This document shows, piece after piece, positions 59,701 to 64,000 of a stretch of DNA of 64,000 nucleotides. Every line of letters starts with the position of its first letter. Position 1 is the stretch's first letter. The position numbers and the translations under genes were made by a program. The notes below the pieces were generated by a model. That model had not been told where the DNA came from, ran no database searches, and saw only the letters and a list, made by a program, of their open reading frames with translations. The DNA lies in NCBI GenBank assembly GCA_964187785.1, contig OZ076409.1:15502001-15566000 (forward strand), written 5' to 3'. This DNA is from Amphiscolops sp. MND2022 (Eukaryota).

Positions 59701-60306
59701 TTAGTAATTGAAGATGAGGAACAAAAGGAGATGGAACAGGAAGAAAAGGCTAAATCCCCAAGAATAGGCGGACGAACAAGATCAGGCAGAATGGTAAAAA
59801 ACACTTGTTTTACAGTTATTGTCATTTGTTACAAATTTGCCAAATTCAACTGCTATGGCAACTTTCTTACTTTTCGCCAATATCAGCTAGAACTAAACAG
59901 TTTTTGTTGAAGATTTTGAAATATTATTTAAGAAAAAAATTTGTACACTAAAAAAATTTGCTCCGGTACAGAGGACATGGAAACAAAAACATTGGCGATC
60001 CATCGTTGTTTTTCTTCTTTTGCTTTAAATCAAGGCAGCTCTTTCTCAAACAACAATTTAGAAAAAAAAGTTACTTACTGCTATACACACAGTCGGTTTG
60101 CTTTGTCCTTTCATGGGAATTCTCCGGAGAAGGTCTTTGGTATTTAACCCACACCCGGCGAATGCATCGTCAATGATCGTTTCGAATTTTCTGTATTTGT
60201 TCGTGAATTGTTTCTCGGCTATGACTTCGAACATTTTGCAGTCGATAAACTGCAAATTCTCATCGACTTGTACTGAATGGGCATTCCAAAGTGCTAAGGG
60301 TTCCAT
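56737..60306 (-). CDS. RAG1/Transib-like DDE transposase with C-terminal BRCT-like domain; 2 coding exons (60306-60079, 59624-56737), one 1-bp frameshift at 57353-57357
   Basis: WGDGC, SGDT, DPTHM, TPY, CEGLEKSN motifs; GCA|gtaagt donor and tttacag|GCA acceptor in phase; adding one G joins the 836-aa and 193-aa ORFs through LINEMGG. Confidence 0.7.
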
Positions 60307-60559
60307 TGAAAAAGCGTTGATATGAGATGTCAACAATGTTGTATTCAACTCAACTAGTGATGAAGATGTACGATGGTCACAGTGACTATCTGAAATATAT
60401 TTGCAGAATGACGCTTTGATTAAAAAGTTGAGATTAGGAGTTTAGATGAACCGACACGTTAACAAAAAGAGGGTTATTCAACACCATAATAAAAACACTA
60501 AGCTCATTCGTTAAAGTAAACCAGTCGAAAAAACAGAAGTTTAGAAGAATCTGCGCGAT

Positions 60560-61300
60560 TTCGATGACAAGCCAGATATAAATAAAGGCCAGAATATTCT
60601 AAAACACCTTCTAAATTGAGCAATACTTGCATGACACTACTACGGTACATTAAAATTTCAATATTGACGTACTATTTTCGCTGAATGTCAATCTGAAAAA
60701 ATGGCAGTTTATCAAAATCTGCCAGATTCTAATTACGAGCAAAATGATAATAATTGCCAGAATATTATAAAACTCAAAATTGGACAATGTTTTCATGACC
60801 ATAAGACGGTTTATAAGGTTTGAAATATTGACGTACTACCCCTTTTGGTAGTTGTTTTCTCACAGTTTAAGATATGTGAGTGGTTTCCACGACACATGTA
60901 TAAAGATATAGTCTTACTTTCCACAGTCGCTTTCGTGGCCATCGAACAGTGAATGCTATTTTGGTGGAAACCAGGACAATATGCTCAAAATGGTGGAAAC
61001 CAGGACAATACAGTCAGATTTGAATATTGACGTACTACCCCCTTTGGTAGTTGTTGTCTTACAGTTTAAGATATGTATGCGGTTTCCACGCCACATGTAT
61101 AAAGATATAGTCTTACTTTCCACAGTCGCTTTCGTGGCCATCGAACAGTGAATGCTATTTTGGTGGAAACCAGGACAATATGCTCAAAGTAGTGGAAACC
61201 AGAACAACATACGGTATAGATGAATGATTGAGCTCAATCGGTGAATGTCAACCAATGAAAAAATGACAGTTAAACAAAATCTGCCATGTTTGAATGACAA
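60560..61300 (-). repeat. ~200-bp-unit repeat module, inverted relative to 55610-56170
   Basis: actttccacagtc cores near 60916 and 61115. Confidence 0.85.
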
Positions 61301-61695
61301 TTGTATTTGAAAAAAATTGCTTCTTTATCAAACTTGACCTCGCAAAATTGATCCTTTTCTATTAGTAACCGGGGCAAATTTCTTGAATCAGTAGAAGCCT
61401 TTTAAACATTCAGTTTTTTGCTTCTCACCTTTTTAAACCAATTAGTAAGTTATTTTCCAATTCTCGCTCAGCTGGAAATAGAAATCAAATTTCAACTCAA
61501 CTTACTTTTACAAAACAACATCTGCTCCAAAACACTTTTAATTTGTACATCTGGTTGAAAATCTGGTTCAAAGTAAATCGTTCGGAAAGTGAGCAAAATG
61601 AATACTGTTTTTTGAAGAAAAAAAAACAAAAAGAAGTGTTCAGAATAAATGGACTCTTAAAAAACACAGGAAGATGTTTGTCACCGAGTCGCCTT

Positions 61696-63298
61696 TCACG
61701 AAAAAAGGGACCGAGCTGTCGGGTCCTCGTAATCGAATTTCAATTCTTCGAAAGGGCTTATATCTCTTATAGCCCTGAAGCAGCAAACTCGGGTCTGGTC
61801 ATAAAGCACAATGTCAGTTTGCTTTATGTTTGCATCTTTGGAGCAGTGGTTAATCAGGCGTCCCAAACATCGAATTTTTGGGTGACTTCCACATATCTCA
61901 GAGGAAGCGTTGATCAGTCTCCGCCCGGGACCTTTCACCTGGAACAAAGAAGTTTCAAGAACACCTTACAAAAGTCCACAAGTTTTAACGAACACTGAAC
62001 CTAAGTCCATGAGATTTTCTATAGAAAATTACACATCCAACAACATACTAAGAAATCATGTTTTGAAAAGCAAAAGTTTTGTATACTTTCTTTCAGCTAC
62101 GTCCTAGTTGAAACTATTGATTTTTCCTCTTCACTTTTAGCTCTCGAGGTCCAAAATTGATAAAAGAACAAATCCTCATACTTTGACTTTTTAGATCTAT
62201 TTTTATTTCTCTTTATTCACTTGGTATGTACCTAACAAACGAACTTTACATTACTTACCTCCATCAGATACTCGGTCTGTACGCCTTCCATCGCTAGAGC
62301 TTGTGTCAATGTCATTTTCTCGAGTATTTCACTGTGGTAGTCAAGAACAATCTCGTTTTTAAAAAACATCTGTGTGCTGACCACTCCGCGTCCATAAGAT
62401 TTGAAATTGACTGGACATACGCCTGGCCAGCTCTGCGTGTCACATCGTTCTAATAGGAAGGTCTGACACTCGAAATCCATGTTATGTGCCATCCCTTTGT
62501 ACATTATTTTGGCAGAACCATCACTGTCCATCCGCCTCGAATCTGGATTTTGTAGCATAGGTAGAACCAACAGAAACACTTTTCTAATGTCCTGTTTGAC
62601 GTCTTCTGGGGTTGTCCATTTCTGCCTCTGGAAAAATCCTTCGATTCTTTTCTCCAAGATGTTCAAGTCACATTTCCCGTTCATATATTTGAAGAACGTT
62701 GTGGCTCGAGCTGACTGTCGTGCGTATCGTTGAGCATCTTGATGCTTTCTCACGCATGTTTTGATAGTATCCTGGTCAAATTTATTGCCAAATTTTCCTT
62801 GCACTTCCCTGATTTGATTTTTCAATTTTGGCAATCGTGCTTCAGGGTCGTCAACAATTGGATAGATGAGTTCTAATTTGAACTTCAGCTGATTGGCTGG
62901 TTTTTTACATTGTTGAAGTACCTGAAATACATGCTTTAGATTAAATATATGATCTTTTGCACTAGAACTACAATGGTTTAGCAGATGTAGATTTTTCAAT
63001 CGAAGTTGTTTTGAAAACTCCGAATTATATAAAAAGCAAAAAAAAACAAACGTACAGGGATCAAATACTGGTCGACAACATGGCTCCGTCTAAAACAAGA
63101 CTTCCCAACAGAATTGACGAACAGGAGCTCAGTCACGACTGGTCGGTCATCACTTTCGGAGACACATCGTTGGAATTTCACACCTTCGGTTTTGTTGAGA
63201 AAGTCAGGTCTCGTGTGGCTTGCATACTCAACCAAACCTTCGATTAACCAGCGTGGTGTATTGTATTGTACTCGAGAAACAGAATCTGCAAAAGACAT
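61696..63298 (-). CDS. SET-domain lysine methyltransferase (SETD8/PR-Set7-like); exons 63298-63056, 62921-62259, 61938-61696 (about 382 aa)
   Basis: GRGVVST...VLDYH, LGRLINH, RDI..FEELKFDY; GT-AG introns all phase 0. Confidence 0.82.
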
Positions 63299-63519
63299 TT
63301 AACTTTGTGGATTATGCTAGACAGAATCTTTCAGACTGTAGATAATTAGTCTAGCCCTTAATGTATTTATACTCCATATTTATATTAGTTGCTTGTAAAC
63401 AACCTGTACCTGCCACCTGTAAATAAGTTTCGAGTTTTCAGGTTTTTTTGAAATTTTTATTATTAGAAAGACAAAATAGGCCCAAAATATTTTCGCCTCT
63501 GAGAACTCTAACCAATCGG

Positions 63520-64000
63520 AAAGCTGGCACTTGAACAAAAGTTGCCAGATTTTGATGAAAAGCCAAATAATATTAAATGACATGTTATTTTACAACGCAA
63601 TTCAACACTGAGCAATATTTCCATGACCATATGATGGTTTATAAGGTTTTAAATTTTGATGTACTACCCCCTTTGGTAGTTGTTTTCTTACAGTTTAAGA
63701 TATGTATGTGGTTTCCACAACACATGTATAAAGATATAGTCTTACTTTCCACAGTCGCTTTCGTGGCCATCGAACAGTGAATGCTATTTTGGTGGAAACC
63801 AGGACAATTCAGTCAGAATTAAATTTTGACGTACTACTACTACCTTTGGTAGTTGTTTTCTTACAGTTTAAGATATGTATGCGGTTTCCACGACACATGT
63901 AAAAAGATATGGTCTTACTTTCCACAGTCGTTTTAGTACCATTCAAGAACTAGCTCATTCGTTGAATGCTCAAAAAATGGCAGTTGATAAAATTCTGCCA
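63520..64000 (-). repeat. ~200-bp-unit repeat module, inverted copy of the 55664-56160 module
   Basis: Window end reverse-complements to tggcagaattttatcaactgcca...gactgtggaaagta seen at 55664. Confidence 0.85.

Larger units (their letters stand above)
48577..64000 (-). mobile_element. Large (>15 kb) putative Transib/RAG1-like DNA transposon carrying SET and RING genes; far end outside window
   Basis: DDE transposase gene, shared GTGGAWWCCAC and AATCTGCCA motifs from about 48620 to 64000, repeat modules; left boundary at CAC 48577 is inferred. Confidence 0.6.

Noticed and set aside
59625..59825. N-terminal 67 aa of the 836-aa ORF
   Set aside because: Low-complexity and lies between an in-phase GTAAGT donor (60078) and a TTTACAG acceptor (59625); more likely intron read-through.

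Overview
AT-rich animal (intron-containing) genomic window. On the + strand, 30 phase-consistent exons (312-46389, about 2383 codons) encode the tail, linker and AAA1-AAA4 region of an axonemal dynein heavy chain (DNAH14/DNAH6-like); the gene runs off both window edges. Its introns are packed with mobile DNA. (1) A young, full-length 12.2-kb Ty3/Gypsy LTR element on the minus strand (3658-15848) encodes gag, pro, RT-RH-IN, a chuvirus/herpes-gB-type envelope glycoprotein and a fourth orphan 523-aa ORF. (2) From about 48577 to the window end, a >15-kb repeat-rich element sits inside a hAT pseudogene. It encodes a spliced RAG1/Transib-like DDE transposase with a C-terminal BRCT-like domain, a spliced SETD8/PR-Set7-like methyltransferase and a small RING protein, separated by ~200-bp repeat modules. 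(3) Also present: a solo LTR wedged between a likely branch point and its 3' splice site, a decayed Tc1 with a 182-bp palindrome, two Helentron-type (HINE) families, and several MITEs. All family assignments come from motif recognition by eye; no searches were run.
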